A stretch of 64,000 nucleotides of DNA from Mobula hypostoma (GCF_963921235.1 NC_086097.1:85748001-85812000); one strand, 5' to 3'; numbered from the stretch's first letter, positions 12,759 to 26,696 are shown. A program made the numbers and translations. Notes: generated by a model not told the origin, from the sequence alone.

Positions 12759-13244
12759 TTTTTCAAACGGTTTTGGAAGGCTGTTGTGAGAATCATGTAA
12801 AGGTGGTCTTGGAACCATGTGTTGTGTAGTCCATTTGTTTTTAAAAGGGTTTCTCTTTCTTTTAAAATCATTAATCCGCCTTTTGGTATGCATCTTCTCA
12901 TGACATAAACCTATTTAGGCTCCTAAGTACCTCAAGCTCTACAGGGACATAAATTCTATTGATTTGTTGTCAATGGAACATTTTGCAGTATGTGAATCGT
13001 TTGCTTTTGCTGATTGTGTCAAACCTGTGATTTTTCTGAAATTCATTTCCGAGCCTACGCTTTTACAAAATTCGTGTAGTATCTTAATGGTTTCCTCCCA
13101 ACTGCCTTGGAGTTGCTGATTATGCAGTACATTCTCAAATAATAGAGCAATGTAACTTACATTTCTGATGTTTGACCCATTTGTCAGCATTTTGCAAGCA
13201 TATCCATGGTAATAATAAAAAAAAGACAAGTTAGAGAGCTCTCA

Positions 13245-13930
13245 CGTTCAAAGTCAGATTTATTGTCAGATGCACAAGCACATGTACTCACAGATGCAAA
13301 GAAAATCTTACTTGCAGCAGCATCACAGGCATATACATCTACTGTAGATAAGCAGCATTCATAAGAAAAATAAATTATTCACAATTTTTACTAGAAAAAC
13401 AGAATTAGGAAAAAAAAACCTCTTTTAATGCAAAGTGATCAGTGATCATAGTGCTGTTATACAGTAGTGATTAGAGCTTGAACAAGAGCTGATGCAACCC
13501 TAATGGTTGAAGCAAAGCAGCTATTCTTGAATCTGGCGATGTGGGACTTAAGGTTTCTCTACCTCTTGCCCGACGGTAGCTCCACATCACGTAGAAACTG
13601 TTGATAGTGGGGAGGGATGTGGTCGTGATGTATTGGGCAGAGCCCATTGTTCTGCAGCTTCTTACATCACTGCATGCTCAGATTGCCAAACCAGACAATG
13701 ACACAACTAGTCGGGATACTTTCAACAGTAAATCTAGAGCAGTTTGTTAGTGTTTGGTGACATGTTGAAACTCCTTAACTTCTAAGGAAACATGCTGAAC
13801 TGCTTTCCTTGTGATTGCATCGATATGCTGGGCCCAGAGAATATCATCTGATACACTAAAGCCCAGGAATTTAAAACCGCCGACTTTCTCTACTGCTGCT
13901 CCTTTGATATACGGCGGTGCACGTTGGCTC
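13245..13930 (-). mobile_element. Rex1/Babar-like LINE 3' fragment
   Basis: Encodes VEKVGGFKFLG..SDDILWAQHIDAITRKA (post-RT domain). Confidence 0.75.
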
Positions 13931-14026
13931 ACTTCTGACGAGGATGTGACTGAACTTCTCCCTTTCAGTCTCTCTTCATGTACTTATGTTAAGTTCTTCA
14001 TAGAATATTATAAACTTCCTAGGAAG

Positions 14027-14405
14027 ATAAACACAAGAGATTCTGCAGATGCTGGAAATATTAAGTAACACAAACATCGCTGGGACCTCTCACGAGTTCC
14101 TTTCTCACATGAACTCCTACTGGTTTGCCTCCTCCCTCCCTTTCTTCCATAATCCGCTGTCTTCTCTATTGGATTTTTCTTCAACCCCTTACATCTTCCA
14201 CCAATCCCCTCCCAGCTTCTTGCGTCATCCAACCTCCTCCCAATCATCCACCTTCCCCCTCACCAAGCCCTATCTATCACATACCAGCTGTATTCTTTCC
14301 CCTTCTTTTACAGTTCTTATGAAAGGTCTCAACCCAAAATGCCCAGTTTTCCTCTCTGAACAGGCTGCTTGACTTGCTGAGTTCCTTTTACATTTTGTGT
14401 GTTTC
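14027..14405. mobile_element. Inverted Penelope-type repeat with pyrimidine-rich core and decayed hammerhead motif
   Basis: Starts acacaagagattctgcagatgctggaaat, ends ctgagttcc...ttttgtgtgtt; flanked by taggaaga on both sides. Confidence 0.65.
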
Positions 14406-15679
14406 TTAGGAAGAGGTCTCTTCATGCACTTCGATCACCATTCTGTATCCTACTAAATCATTTTTTACCAGTTCCTCACGATTTTGTAAGATAGTGATAT
14501 TCCCATAGCATGAAGTGTATCACAAGTCTCCTTTTGACTTTAACAGATACTTTTTAAAAAAGCTTCTCAGAGTCTTTTAGTCAAATTAATTGTAAAGAGT
14601 CTCAAAAGCCTTGGGCCAATGACAATTCAACTCATTATCAATGCTTTCAGAAGCTGTTTTTTTTGTAATCAGGACTGTTCTGCCTGCTTTTAGTGGAAAC
14701 AGGATGGCTATTGCCTTTGTCCATAGAGAGGAGGCTATGAAGATGGACCTCATTGTTTATTAGGTCAAGGTTTCTCTTCTTGATTCTGTCTGGACATTAG
14801 GTACTTTCAGAATATTAGCTTCAGATCTTTAATTTTCCGTTTCAACCAGTGTCACTAATTTACTTCTCTCTCCCTAGGACATCTTAGTTCTGTCTGTATT
14901 GATATTACATGCTGAGTTTTGTTTGAAAACAGGCTCTGATTCACTTCTGTCTGAGGGGTAGAGGCCTTCCACTGCCCTGCAGGCTGAGTGCCACCTCCTG
15001 TGAAGCTTTTACAGATTGCACAGTATTTGTCAGGCCTAACCCATCAGATGGGTGGTACAGATGGGTGGTACAAATGGGTATCCACCTTTTTCTCTTTGCA
15101 GGTGCACTGACCTCCTCCATTCTTCCCAATCACATGTAGTTTAACTAAGTTGCACAAAAGCCATCTTCCCCAAGGGACCTCAGGGCAATATGACTCTTGG
15201 AAGAATGCGACAAACAAAACACCTGAGTGTTAATATGTCTATAAATGCAGTTACTTTACTTCAGCTGTTTGCATTAAAAAGGATTACTAAACTTATGAAA
15301 GCTACATGAAAGTCAACTTGACGAACACCTCTGATAATTCTTTTTGTATATACAAAGAGTGGTATCTCACTGAAGACATTTTTTAAAATGACCAGCAAAG
15401 CATTAAAATAAAATTCAATTTACAGATCAGCAAATACAGACATCTAAAATGACTGGACACTTCTTGCTCCTCCAAGTACTTCGGGAAATTTGGTACCTTA
15501 TGCCCATTGATACATTTAAAGTAGCAAAAGGCCTCTCAACCCTATTCCATTTTATATGTTTATCAAACTGATACTTCAAACTCTGCATGCCTTTTACCTT
15601 GGTAACTTTTCTACTCCTGCCTTGAAAAAATGTAGTTTTTGCTTCTATCACTCTTGGAGCAAGAGCTACTAAAACTCTC

Positions 15680-16050
15680 AACCTTCAGAGATTAGTTTTT
15701 TTCAGACAAAAGTCAGAGGTACCAATCCACACAGTACTCCAAAGGTGGTCTCACTAATGCCCTATTTTGCTGAAGCATAGCGTCACCACTTTTACGTTAA
15801 TTTCTAGCATTTTGGGAGCTTTCCCAATTATTTGTTGTATATGTATTATCAGTATGATATGACTTAGGCACTACAGCATCCAGATTCCTCCATAATCTCT
15901 GACCTTGTAGATATTTTTCAAACATTTCAGGATTAAAATGGTCAATTTCACATTTTCCAACTCTGTTATTCACATCCCGTTGTCTCCTTTCCACTCTCTT
16001 GACAACTTACCTTCCTGTTTAGTTTAGTGTCACTAGCAAATTTAGCAACA
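15680..16050 (-). mobile_element. Old CR1 LINE fragment
   Basis: agtgagaccacctttggagtactgtgtgg (RPxLEYC motif) on the minus strand. Confidence 0.6.
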
Positions 16051-16327
16051 GCTACATGTAAAGTCTAAAAATTACAATTGGCCTTTTTCATTTTTTCCTC
16101 AACATTTCTTTGAAGGAAATTTGACTTTTCCACTTGGTGATGGCTTTATCGTCAATCATCAGTGTCTCTCTGTTTGCCAGAGGTACATCAAAAAATAGAT
16201 GGTGGACATTTGCAGACATTTTTCTTGTGAACTCACTTTAATGATGAGTTAATGGTGGCAACACTAATTTGTTGATATAAAGGTAAGCGGATTACGCCAA
16301 AACGGTTATGTTGGAGAAATAAATGAC

Positions 16328-16616
16328 TGCAAATGCTGCAATCTACAACAAAAACAAAACCCTGGAAGAACTCAGTGGGTGAAGCAGCAGCGGTGGAGGC
16401 AAAAGGTAACAGTCAAAGCAACACTCACAACAAGCTGGAGGAACTCAGCAGGTCAGGCAGCATCTATGGAAACGATCAGTTGACGTTTCCACAGATGCTG
16501 CCTGACCTGCTGAGTTCTTCCAGCTTGTTGTGAGTGTTGCTTTGACCCCAGCATCTGCAGATTATTCTGTGTTTAGGTAACAGTCAACATTTCAGGTTGA
16601 GACCCTTCATTAAGAC
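16328..16616. mobile_element. Two nested inverted Penelope-type repeats
   Basis: Inner perfect-arm palindrome caagctggaggaactcagcaggtcaggcagcatct...agatgctgcctgacctgctgagttcttccagcttg lies inside an older copy. Confidence 0.7.
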
Positions 16617-19600
16617 GGAGAGCACACAGGAAAGATTGCCAGTATATAGCTGTATGTAAAGGGGTGGGATTCAGGCACGTCCACCTGTTTGAACTCATTC
16701 ACAACTGAACACCATTGCTCTTTGAAGATCCAGTGCTGAAAGATGAGTTTCTATAGCTTCCTAGCATTTGCAATTGAAAAATCTATCCACAAACTGCAAA
16801 AAAAAAAGAAACAAAGCAGGAAGAATAAGTACTAGATAACTTACATTTAAGCTACAAACAATTACATTTTAGTGTTTTCTACTATAAATGATTTAATTTA
16901 ATATAATTTCGAAGGTGTGATTAAGCTCCTTCATAACTGGTAAGCCTGGCACATGGGCTAGCTAGTGTTACAGCATTATTTATGACCAGAAGGCTGAGTT
17001 GTGCAGGATGTGTTGTTCTCCGCCAATTAGACTGCAGCTGGCTTTGGTAAAGAAGCTCACAGGAGGGGATCTACTTAGTGTAAGAACAAGTTTAACCAAC
17101 AGGTGACACCTCAGCACATGCTGCATATCAGCCTTACTATGATTGGGGCCATTATTCTGATGAAATTGATATAGCTAATTTTATCTTAATCTACTTCCAT
17201 TATCGAGGAAACAAATAATCAAGTAACTGCATGACCCAGCTTCAGATGAATTAATTGCAAAGAAATGCGCTACAGTACTTGGCATCGAGGCATGTAAGAA
17301 TCCATTATTCCGTTTAGAATGATTTTTGAACGGACACAATTGCCTAAAAGTCTTGCCTTGGGTAACTTTATCCCAGCCAACAGTACTTAAAGATTTATGC
17401 ACATCATGAAATCAATACATCCAAACACTGACTTGTTTTTTTTACGCTCTTATAATTTAATTGCTTTACTTTTATGCAAAGCCAGGTAAATAATAACGAC
17501 AAGCAAGCTGCTCTTCACACATTTAATTACAGAACTTTTGGGCAAAACTGTATATAACTGTATAGATTGTATGAATTCTCCAAGAATGTGAACAGGATAG
17601 TGGCATACTTCACTTGCTCAGCAGGGCACAAGTTAATAAATCTAAGTGTCTTAAATAAAATGCAAATATTTAGCAAGTAATTTTATGCATCTTTCTCTTT
17701 CAGGCATCAATTTGACAAAAATATGCATAAATAACTTCATTTTATTTTGCATCAATCAAAATTTGCAAGATTTTACTTGCTCTTGCCTACTTGACTACAC
17801 TGGTAAAAATGTAGATGAGACTTTCATAGGATGCTCGTTAATATTACTGTAGTCATAAAAATGTTATCTTTGAATCATTATGCAATTTTCACAGTTAATT
17901 AGCAGCACTTGAGTCCCACACATACTACATACATAAAAAAAACACAAAATTTATTATCAAAAAGGCCATTTGATTATGAATCAAGGCAACACATCAATAA
18001 AAAAGATGTGGTTTCATCAGCATTGATTGCCTACATAAATTAAAACAGTCAGCTCTGGCAGCCTTATTTTCATTTTAATAGAAAAAGTGAAGCAATACTG
18101 AAATAGATATAAAACCTCATTTAAAAATAAAGAAACTCTTCCTTAATTAAAGGCAGAAATTTCATCATCCCCACAGTACTAGTACAAGAATGAATTGCAT
18201 TAACAAAGTTGGTCAATATAGGCAGTAATATCACTGCATTATTTTTAAAAAGAAGAAATAAGTGAATCGATACCTAACTCATACTAACCTTGAAAATGAT
18301 ATTAATATCATATCTCAATTCTGAGTTTGTAGTCTATGAGAAATATTAAAATAGAAAAACTTTTCTGTTCAAAATTATACATGGAAAGTATCATCAGTTT
18401 GAAATACTTTTCCAGTTCATGTGGCAATATTTATTAAGTCATAAAAGCTACAACTTTTTGTTCAATTTAAATACCTCTGAAATATTTTAGATCCACACAA
18501 AAAATGTTCTTATAAGGAAGTTTAACAGTTGCAAAGCAAGATAGACTGCTTTTGTTCTTAAATGTTGACATGCTACAAAAATCAAAGAACATCACCAGCA
18601 CAAACAATGACGGTGTTAGCACATGAAGATGGGTATATCTACAGTATATTACACTGTTTATTGTCTCATGTATACTTCAACACAGAAACTTTGATAACAC
18701 TTTATATAAGGGCAAATACAGGGATATCCCCATCCACAATGGTCACCACCTTTAGTGTTACATAATAAAAGATTATGTTTAGGACCAAGAATCAGAAACC
18801 CGATCAAGGTAGAAAATAAGATGTTCTGATTCAAAGTTCAAAATTTGAGAGCAAATTTAGTGTTCAGTTTGTGTTTCCTCTGGCAGATTGTCATTTTCAA
18901 ATGTCTACAATCAGAATCTGTGATTGTCTTCTATGGAAAAGATCCTGCTCGAGAAAAATGTGTAAACAATACGTAACTGTGAATAGCAGATATTTGGAAA
19001 AGTTTATGCAAACTTCCTGCTGCTGCTATTAAAACAGCTCAAATAATTCAATTAGAAATTAAATATAATAAATAAAACTCTTGGCTATTCAAATAACATG
19101 GATCAAAGAGCCAGACATGAGGAAGGGTCAACATTTTTATGTCATAACTCAAAAAGCACAATGTAGATTCTATTGGTCAACTCTGTACAATTGCAGGTAA
19201 GGTATCCCCATGTGGGGGGATTTATTCTAATTTGAGTGCCATATGAAGACAATTTTATAAATCATATCACCAGTTAAATAGTTGGTATAATATTTGAATA
19301 CTTTTTTAAAAACACAATTAAAAGGATTTTAAAAGGAGTGTATTTTCCAGCGTATTTTCATGAGGTATCTTAAATTTAATGGCAGTAATAGACAAAGGCC
19401 AAAGCAGAACAAGATAGCCTCCTGCCTACCAATTTGGGGAAAAAAGGTTGTCAAAGTGGCACATAGTAGTTTCAGTGGATTGGTCCAGACACATTTAAAT
19501 AGCAATGGAAAATTCAAAGCATCTTTTATGCCTTCCATTTCCCCATAGAGTAATAAACTCCCTTAAGGGTGATAAAACAAAGAGCAGAAATTGCACAGCT

Positions 19601-20246
19601 CATCTGGAAACACTTAAGCACTGACCTGAAATGTTTGTCAGTTACTTCAGAAATTGTGTTGACTGAGAATTTCAAATTCTATTTTAAGTATGATTAGTGC
19701 ATATTGCTAACAGTTAAGTGATAATTATGAAAATCTAAATTTTAAAAGGGAATAGGCAGACCCAAAGCAGATGCATTTTGGACTGAATTTCTTGAAAAGG
19801 GATTACAATATTGTTTAAGTTTCATTAAATTACAAATTAATTTGTAAGACTTAACAGGATACTGTCCAAAGAATATCTTCAGCTTGTTTACCTTGCAACT
19901 AAGACAGCAATTAAGGCCATGAATTTAATTCATCATTTCAGTATTGCTCATTGACAAACATCTGAGGAAAGACTAAAGCAAACTTGTCAATTCTACTAGC
20001 CTATTTCCAACTTTGACAAATAGCACATTGAAAAGAAGTTCGACCAGAGTTCTCAAATAAAACCTTAAATATAAAACTAATTATTTACAATTGTTCTGCA
20101 ATCAGAATTTGCTCAAATATATCTGGAAAAGTCACAAAACCAATGTGATATTAATGTGTAAAAGCTGATTTCCAGGGACTAGCCCAATATTGTCTTTTAG
20201 AAAAACTGATCAAGATAATGCAGATATAGTCTTCCCAGATATTGAC

Positions 20247-20905
20247 AAACACGAGAAAGTTTGCAGATGCTCAAAATCCAAAGGAACACACACAAAATGC
20301 TGGAACAACTCAGCAGGTTAACCTTTAACATCTGTCGGACGATGCTGAGGATGTTCTACGAGTCTGTGGTGGCCAGTGCTATCATGTTTACTGTTGTGTG
20401 CTGGGGCAGCAGACACCAACAGAATCAACAAACTCATTCGTAAGGCCAGTGATGTTGTGGGGATGGAACTGGACTCTCTCACAGTGGTGTCTGAAAAGAG
20501 GATGCTGTCCAAGTTGCATGCCATCTTGGACAATGTCTCCCATCCACTACATAATGTACTGGTTGGGCACAGGAGTACATTCAGCCAGAGACTCATTCCT
20601 CAAAGATGCAACACTGAGCATCATAGGAAGTCATTCCTGCCTGTGGCCATCAAACTTTACAGCTCCTCCCTTGGAGGGTCAGACACCCTGAGCCAATAGG
20701 CTGGTCCTGGACTTACTTCCTGGCATAATTTACATATTACTATTTAATTATTTACGGGTTTATATTGCTATATTTATACTCTACTCTTGGTTGGGGCAAC
20801 TGTAACGAAAATCAATTTCCCTCGGGATCAATAAAGTATGACTATGAGGTCAGGCAGCATCTATGGCAAAGAATAGATGGTCCACATTTTGGGCCAAGAC
20901 CCTTT
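20247..20905. mobile_element. Inverted Penelope-type repeat interrupted by a plus-strand Rex1-like LINE 3' fragment (~20318-20847)
   Basis: aactcagcaggt | LINE (YESVVASAIMFTVVCWG..., tail tatgactatg) | aggtcaggcagcatctatgg. Confidence 0.8.
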
Positions 20906-21436
20906 TTTTTAGAATATATTCCCAGATATTGATTTGCCATCTACTTGTAGAAACCATTTTGAAACCAGAGATGTAACATTGTCACCTTTCATTAAGGTAT
21001 CCAGATAAAGTTATAAAGCCAGCATTAGATTTCTTGTCATATTCTATTAATACAATTCTATGATCTTTTAACAATTATAGCATTTAAAACATTTGTATCC
21101 TGTTCACTTAAATGTAAGCATTACATTGAATTCTTGAAAAATCTTCCATAAGGAAATTATATATCAGCCGATCAGTATTCAACAACCAACACGTCAGCAA
21201 ATCACTTTACAAAAAATTACAGAATTTAAGCAAATCAGTTGTAATTAAGCTTATGAAGATGGAAGTGCTTAAATAACAATGCAAATGTTTTATATTTAAG
21301 ATAATTCAGTTTTTAAAAAGCATCAGAATGCATGAATTCATAAATTATCCTGGTTAACATACTGGAACCTTGTGTGAAAGAAGCTTTATCACATTTTAAT
21401 CCATATGATCGTAGGATTTTAAAATATAAATTTTAA

Positions 21437-23017
21437 AAGTTGCAAGAAAAAGTTTGTGAACCCTTTGTAATTACCTGGTTTTCTTCATTAATTATTCATA
21501 AAATGTTCATCTAAGTCACGATAATAGACAAACACAATCTGCCCAAACTAACAAACAATTGTATTTTTCAAGTCTTTATTGAATACATTGTTTAATTATT
21601 CACAGTCCAGGATGGACAAAGTAAGTGAACCATTGTATTTAATAATTGGTAGAATCTCCTTTAGCAACAATAACATCCACCAAACATTTCTTGTAGCTGC
21701 TGACCAGATTTGCACAATGGCAAGGAGGAATTTTAGACCATTCCTCCATACAAAGCTGTTTCAGATCATCAAAATTTCTGGGTAAACTTGCATGAACAGC
21801 CCTCTTCAAGTCATGCCACAGCATCTCAATTGGGTTAAGGTCTGGACTCTGACTCAGCCATTCCAAAACACTTTATTTTCTTTTTAAACTATCCTGTTGC
21901 TGATTAACCCTTCTGTTTTGTATCATTGTGATGTTGCATCATCCAACTTCTATTGAGCTTCAAGGGTTGGACCGCTACCTTGACATTCTCCTGTAAAATG
22001 TCTTGATACAATTTTGAATTATTTGTTCCCTCACTGATTGCAAGCTGTCCAGGTCTTGTGGCAGCAAAGCAGCCCCAAACTATAATGCGCCTTCCACCAT
22101 GCTTCACAGTTGGCTGAGATTTCAGTGTTGGTGTGCAGTGCACTTTTCTCTCCAAACATTGCAGTGTGCATTTCTGCCAAAAAATTCAACTTTTGTCTCA
22201 TCTGTCCACAGAACATTGTCCCAAAAGCATTGTGGAACATCCAAGTGGTCTTTTGCAAACTTGAGACATGCTGCCACGTATTTTTTTTTGGGAGAGCAGT
22301 GGTTTCCTCCATGGTGTCCTTCAATGAACACCCATTTTGTTCAGTGTTTTGATGATAGTGGAGTTCTAGAGATTCCTGCAGGCCTTTTGATGTTATCTTT
22401 GGGTTCTTTTTCACCTCCTTCAGCATTGCACATTGTACTCTTGGTGTGATCTTTGCAAGATGCCGACTCCTAGGGAGAGTAGCAACAGTACTGAATTTCC
22501 TCCATTTGTAGCTAGTTTCTCTAACTGACTGCTGAACACTCAGGTCTTTACAAATGCTTTTGTGGCCTTTTCCAGCTTCATGCATCTCTACAATTCTTCT
22601 TCTAATGTCCTCTGAAAGTTGATTTGATCAAGGTATGGTGCGCATCAACAGATCTTTCTTGAGAAGAGCAAGCTTTGTCAGTAACCTGACTTTGTGGTGT
22701 CTTTTTTATAGGGCATGGCACCTCTACAACCAACACCTCTAATCTCATCTCATTGATTGGCACACCTGATTCCAAATAGCTTTTGTAGAGACCAATACCC
22801 CAGAGGTCCACATACTTTTTTGAACCTAAACTGTGATTGTTTAAATGGTGCACTCAGTACTGACAAGAAGTAGTACAATTGTTTGTGCGTTATTATTTAG
22901 GCAGATCATGTTTGTGTATCATTGTGACTTGAATGAAGATCAGACCACATTTTATGAGCAACTAATACAGAAAACCAGGTAATTACAAAGGGTTCACAAA
23001 TTTTTTTCTTGCAACTG
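21437..23017 (-). mobile_element. Tc1-like DNA transposon, full length, transposase pseudogenised
   Basis: Long TIRs (a/c)agttgcaagaaaaagtttgtgaaccctttg; TA at the right end; frameshifted WTDETK, TVKHGG, WLSQSPDLNPIEMLW motifs. Confidence 0.93.
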
Positions 23018-23374
23018 TACACTATTTACTAGATTTAGTGAAATGAGATTTTATCCTAATATATTCCTGCAGGTGACATAATGAACAATACACTTCTCAA
23101 CTGCATGCATGCAGTTTTAAAAAAGCTAATCTATTCCTGGAGAATATCATCTGTCAAGAATATGGGTAATAAAAATGAATGTAATGAAGTAATTTTTCTT
23201 CGATGTAGCACGTACACGTTGAATTTGATCAAATTACTAAGATTTTTTTGCATGTCTTTTAGCTTAAAATTTTTTCCTTAAACAGCACCCTTGCTTAATT
23301 TTTATCAAACCCATTTTTAAAAAATTCAGTACACTTAGTCCTCATTATCTGACAAGATACCATCTGCGGATTAC

Positions 23375-24280
23375 ATTCAGATTCATTTATTTATCACATG
23401 TACACTGAAGCATACAATTAAATACTTTTGTTTTGGCTAGCTAAGGATGTCCTGGGGGCAGTCCGCAAGTGTCACCGCACATTCTGGTGCCAACAGAGCA
23501 CGCCCATAGCGCTCAGCAGAACGACACAAGTAACAGAAACAGCAGCAAGACAAGCCCCTTTCCTCCTACTTATCCACCCAACCAAACACAGACAGTCCTC
23601 CAACCCCAGAACAAGTTGATCCAGGCCTCCAGCAGACTCACAGATATCAGGCCTCAAAATTTCCCGGGGCACTTGTACTCCCAGGACATCAGCCTTCAGG
23701 CCTCGATTTCCTGACTTCTGATTGACTTTTAGGTTTTGATCTTGAGTACCGACCCCTGGTCTTGTCATTGTCAGGATCCCGAACTCCAGATTCTATGATG
23801 GAACCCCAAATTCCTGGCCTCGAACCCCAAACTTGCCAACCCATGCAGCTAGCGAGTCATCAGCCGTCATGCCTCCTTCCCCTTGACCTCCAAACCCTGT
23901 ACCGGCCAACACTGGGGGACTCACTGACCTGGAAGGGGGCACAGGCGGGGTCAACAGCCCTTATCCCCACTGGTCTTCATCCACAGCGTTTGTTTGCGCA
24001 ACATCCATCCATGGACGTCATGTCCACATTGCTAGCCTTCAATGCAGAGAGGAGGCAGAAACTATGGCCTGACATCTAATGCCCCTACATCCCTGTCCCT
24101 AAACTCTAACCTGACTCCAAACTCCCCTCTCTGTCACTAAAAACAACCCTATGAACCTAAAAAAACAACTAAGTCTGAGCCAGATGGAGATTGCAGCTTG
24201 GTACCATTTGGACCGGAACCTTCTAATTTTTTACATATGCACAAAGTTAACCCCAATTTCCATCTTAATTTTTTTTGGAT
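23375..24280 (-). mobile_element. Non-autonomous retroelement-like repeat with Rex1-type 3' end
   Basis: Left end attcagattcatttatttatcacatg matches Rex1-type tails; non-coding body. A similarly organised element lies at 30270-31105. Confidence 0.45.
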
Positions 24281-24676
24281 ATACTTATATTCATGTTCCT
24301 GTTAAGGAACCAAGTATTATCTGTATATACAGTAATCAGTTTTGTGACAACTTGTGTTAAGTACACCTTACTGTGTACTTCCCTAATATTTGACTACATA
24401 GCTGCATAGCTGCCTTTGATTACATAGTTGCGCCTTGCTTTTTTCAAACCAATCAATGCTTGTTGTTATTGAAATTACTTTATTAGCAAATAATTATTTC
24501 TTTTTCGGTATTTAGAAACTTTTGTGTGCATTAATACATGGTAATGGTTTTAGAATATATTTGCATATATTTGGGGAGTGCTTTCTGTAATGGCATCCAT
24601 GAATTTTTTTGTTATGAACAAGAAGTCCACACTCTTACCCCTTGTGAATAATGAGGACTTAGTGTGTGTCATGGTG

Positions 24677-24980
24677 TGGGCACATGGCCAAGTGGTTAAG
24701 GCATTTGACTAGCGACCCAAAGGTCGTGAGTTTGAGCCCCAGCCGAGGCAGTATGTTGTGTCCTTGAGCAATGTCACTGACACTGCAATGACACTGGTGC
24801 CAAGCTGTATCGGCCCTTGCCCTTCCCTTGGGACACCATCGGTGTTCTGGAGAGGGGAGACTTGCAGCATGGGCAACTGCTGGTCTTCCATACAACCTTG
24901 CCCAGGCCTGCGCCCTGGAGAGTGAAGACTTTCCAGGCGCAGATCCATGGTCTCGCAAGACTAACGGATGCTTTTATTTA
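24677..24980 (+). mobile_element. tRNA-derived SINE with RTE-like 3' part
   Basis: A box TGGCCAAGTGG, B box GTTTGAGCC; body shares sequence with the element at 54645-55022. Confidence 0.75.
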
Positions 24981-25222
24981 TTTAGTGTATGTAATTTATA
25001 ACATGCTTCATATTTGCTATATTATTAAAAGATCATTGCAACTTATCTGCAATTCTGTGATACAAATGATTCTGGAATTCGATTACTGTCTCCATTCTCT
25101 AAGATCCTCTGGTAGTTAATAAATTTCAAAGTCAGTATTTGGCTAGGCACACAAATAAGCAGCAGTGAAGTTGTACATTGAAATTTTTGGCCTACTTTAA
25201 AAGAAAAGAAAAATTTGTATCT

Positions 25223-25336
25223 TCATAAACTACGGCGATATTTCACATATATACATGTTGCCAACACTGTTATACCCAGTACTGCTATTACTACTGGTGA
25301 TAAAGTTAACTTGCTGCTTTGATTATTCTTGACTAC
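25223..25336 (-). CDS. SYNJ2BP: SYNJ2BP-like last coding exon (VVKNNQSSKLTLSPVVIAVLGITVLATCIYVKYRRSL*), tail-anchor
   Basis: Acceptor ttttatctttttctttcag; hydrophobic helix followed by basic KYRR and TGA. The four exons total 408 nt = 135 aa + stop, in frame. Confidence 0.92.
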   Translation of the reverse strand, partial: VVKNNQSSKLTLSPVVIAVLGITVLATCIYVKYRRSL

Positions 25337-25869
25337 CTGAAAGAAAAAGATAAAATGTATTAGTAGACTCTCAGAAGATCCCTAAACTGAAGGCTATCTT
25401 CAAAGGTCAATTTAATCACCCTTAGCTTTAAGTCAATTACCATTCGGATGCTAACATGTCAATTAACTTTCACATTTTATACATATGACTCACTGAAACT
25501 ATGCCAACTCTCAAAGCACATTCATCAGTCCCATTTCCATACATACATCCCTATAGCTCATTCTTTCTCACACACTAATTAACAAGCCCCCTCCATCATG
25601 CCCCAATTCTCCTGCATTTACAGTGATAAGTAACTTCCCAACATACATAGTGCACTCTAAACTGTTGGGAATTTGTTAGCAGGGAAGTGGAAGAGCTCCA
25701 CTCTCCTTGGCTGTTAACAATTTCCCGTCTTTGAGATGCAGGAGGAAACTAGATTACTTAGTGGAAACCCACATGGTCAAAAGGAAAACATGTAAGGTCT
25801 GCACAGTATGAAGTCAAATACTGGGTTACTGCAGTTTTATGACAGCGGCATTAACTGCTGCACTGAGAG

Positions 25870-26096
25870 GGGAGGGAACGTCGACTCAGACCATGAGAGG
25901 CCTGCATTGGGCATTTTCATGCCTTACAAGGCGCAGATTGGAAGTCTGTGTGGGGCGCCACTCCTCACACAGACACTAGAGCAATGTGTGGTTAAGTGTC
26001 TTGCTCAAGGACACAAACACGCTGCCACAGCTGAGGCTCAAATTAGCGACCTTCAGATCACTAGACGAATGCCTGAACCATTTGGCCACATGCCCA
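25870..26096 (-). mobile_element. tRNA-derived SINE related to the 24677 copy
   Basis: Minus strand gggcatgtggccaaatggttcaggcattcg...tttgagcc. Confidence 0.7.
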
Positions 26097-26696
26097 TCAC
26101 AAATGCTGCACTACTGCTGGAAAACACCCATGAAAAGTGAATAAAATTCAACAGTGATGTCTTTAAGATATCAATTCCAAAGTACTAAGAGTATTTAATG
26201 AAAAGCAAAGCCAGGTCGGTGTTTTTGCTCAGAGGACCAGGCTGCACTTGAAGTTTTTTTGTTGGTAAATTAACTTAGTTCAGTGGATAGTAAGTATCAC
26301 ATAGTAATAAAATAGATGCAACTGTTTGGCTTCAGTTACTTAGTGCACTCTAAACTGCTGGGAATTTGTTAGCAGGGAAGTGGAAGTGTTCCACTCTCCT
26401 TGGCTGCTAATTTCCCATCTGTGGTATAATACATGGGGACTGTATTGTTTCACAATCTGTAATCAGCTATGGTTCATCATTTTTGACCCTGAGATGGTGT
26501 TCCCTTAAGAAATGAAATACATTGGGAATAATCTGTGTGCCCTAGTTAACGAAGTTACCGCAAGACACTGAAGCCAAAACCAGATTGTTTGGCAAGATGG
26601 ATCAAAATAAAAGTCAATTAAAAAATTAAAGCAATTAGCCCACAATTTTAATTAGTCCTAGTTTTTATTTTCTGCAATAGAATAAAATGCAGAATA

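Noticed and set aside
14941..15129. Gypsy integrase relic (YHPSDGL...VQSVK)
   Set aside because: A single short motif resemblance; insufficient to call.
24677..24750. tRNA gene
   Set aside because: Degenerate cloverleaf continuing into a SINE body; it is a SINE head.
12176..25222. COX16 or SYNJ2BP-COX16 read-through exons
   Set aside because: No COX16-like peptide or promoter-like island was found by eye.
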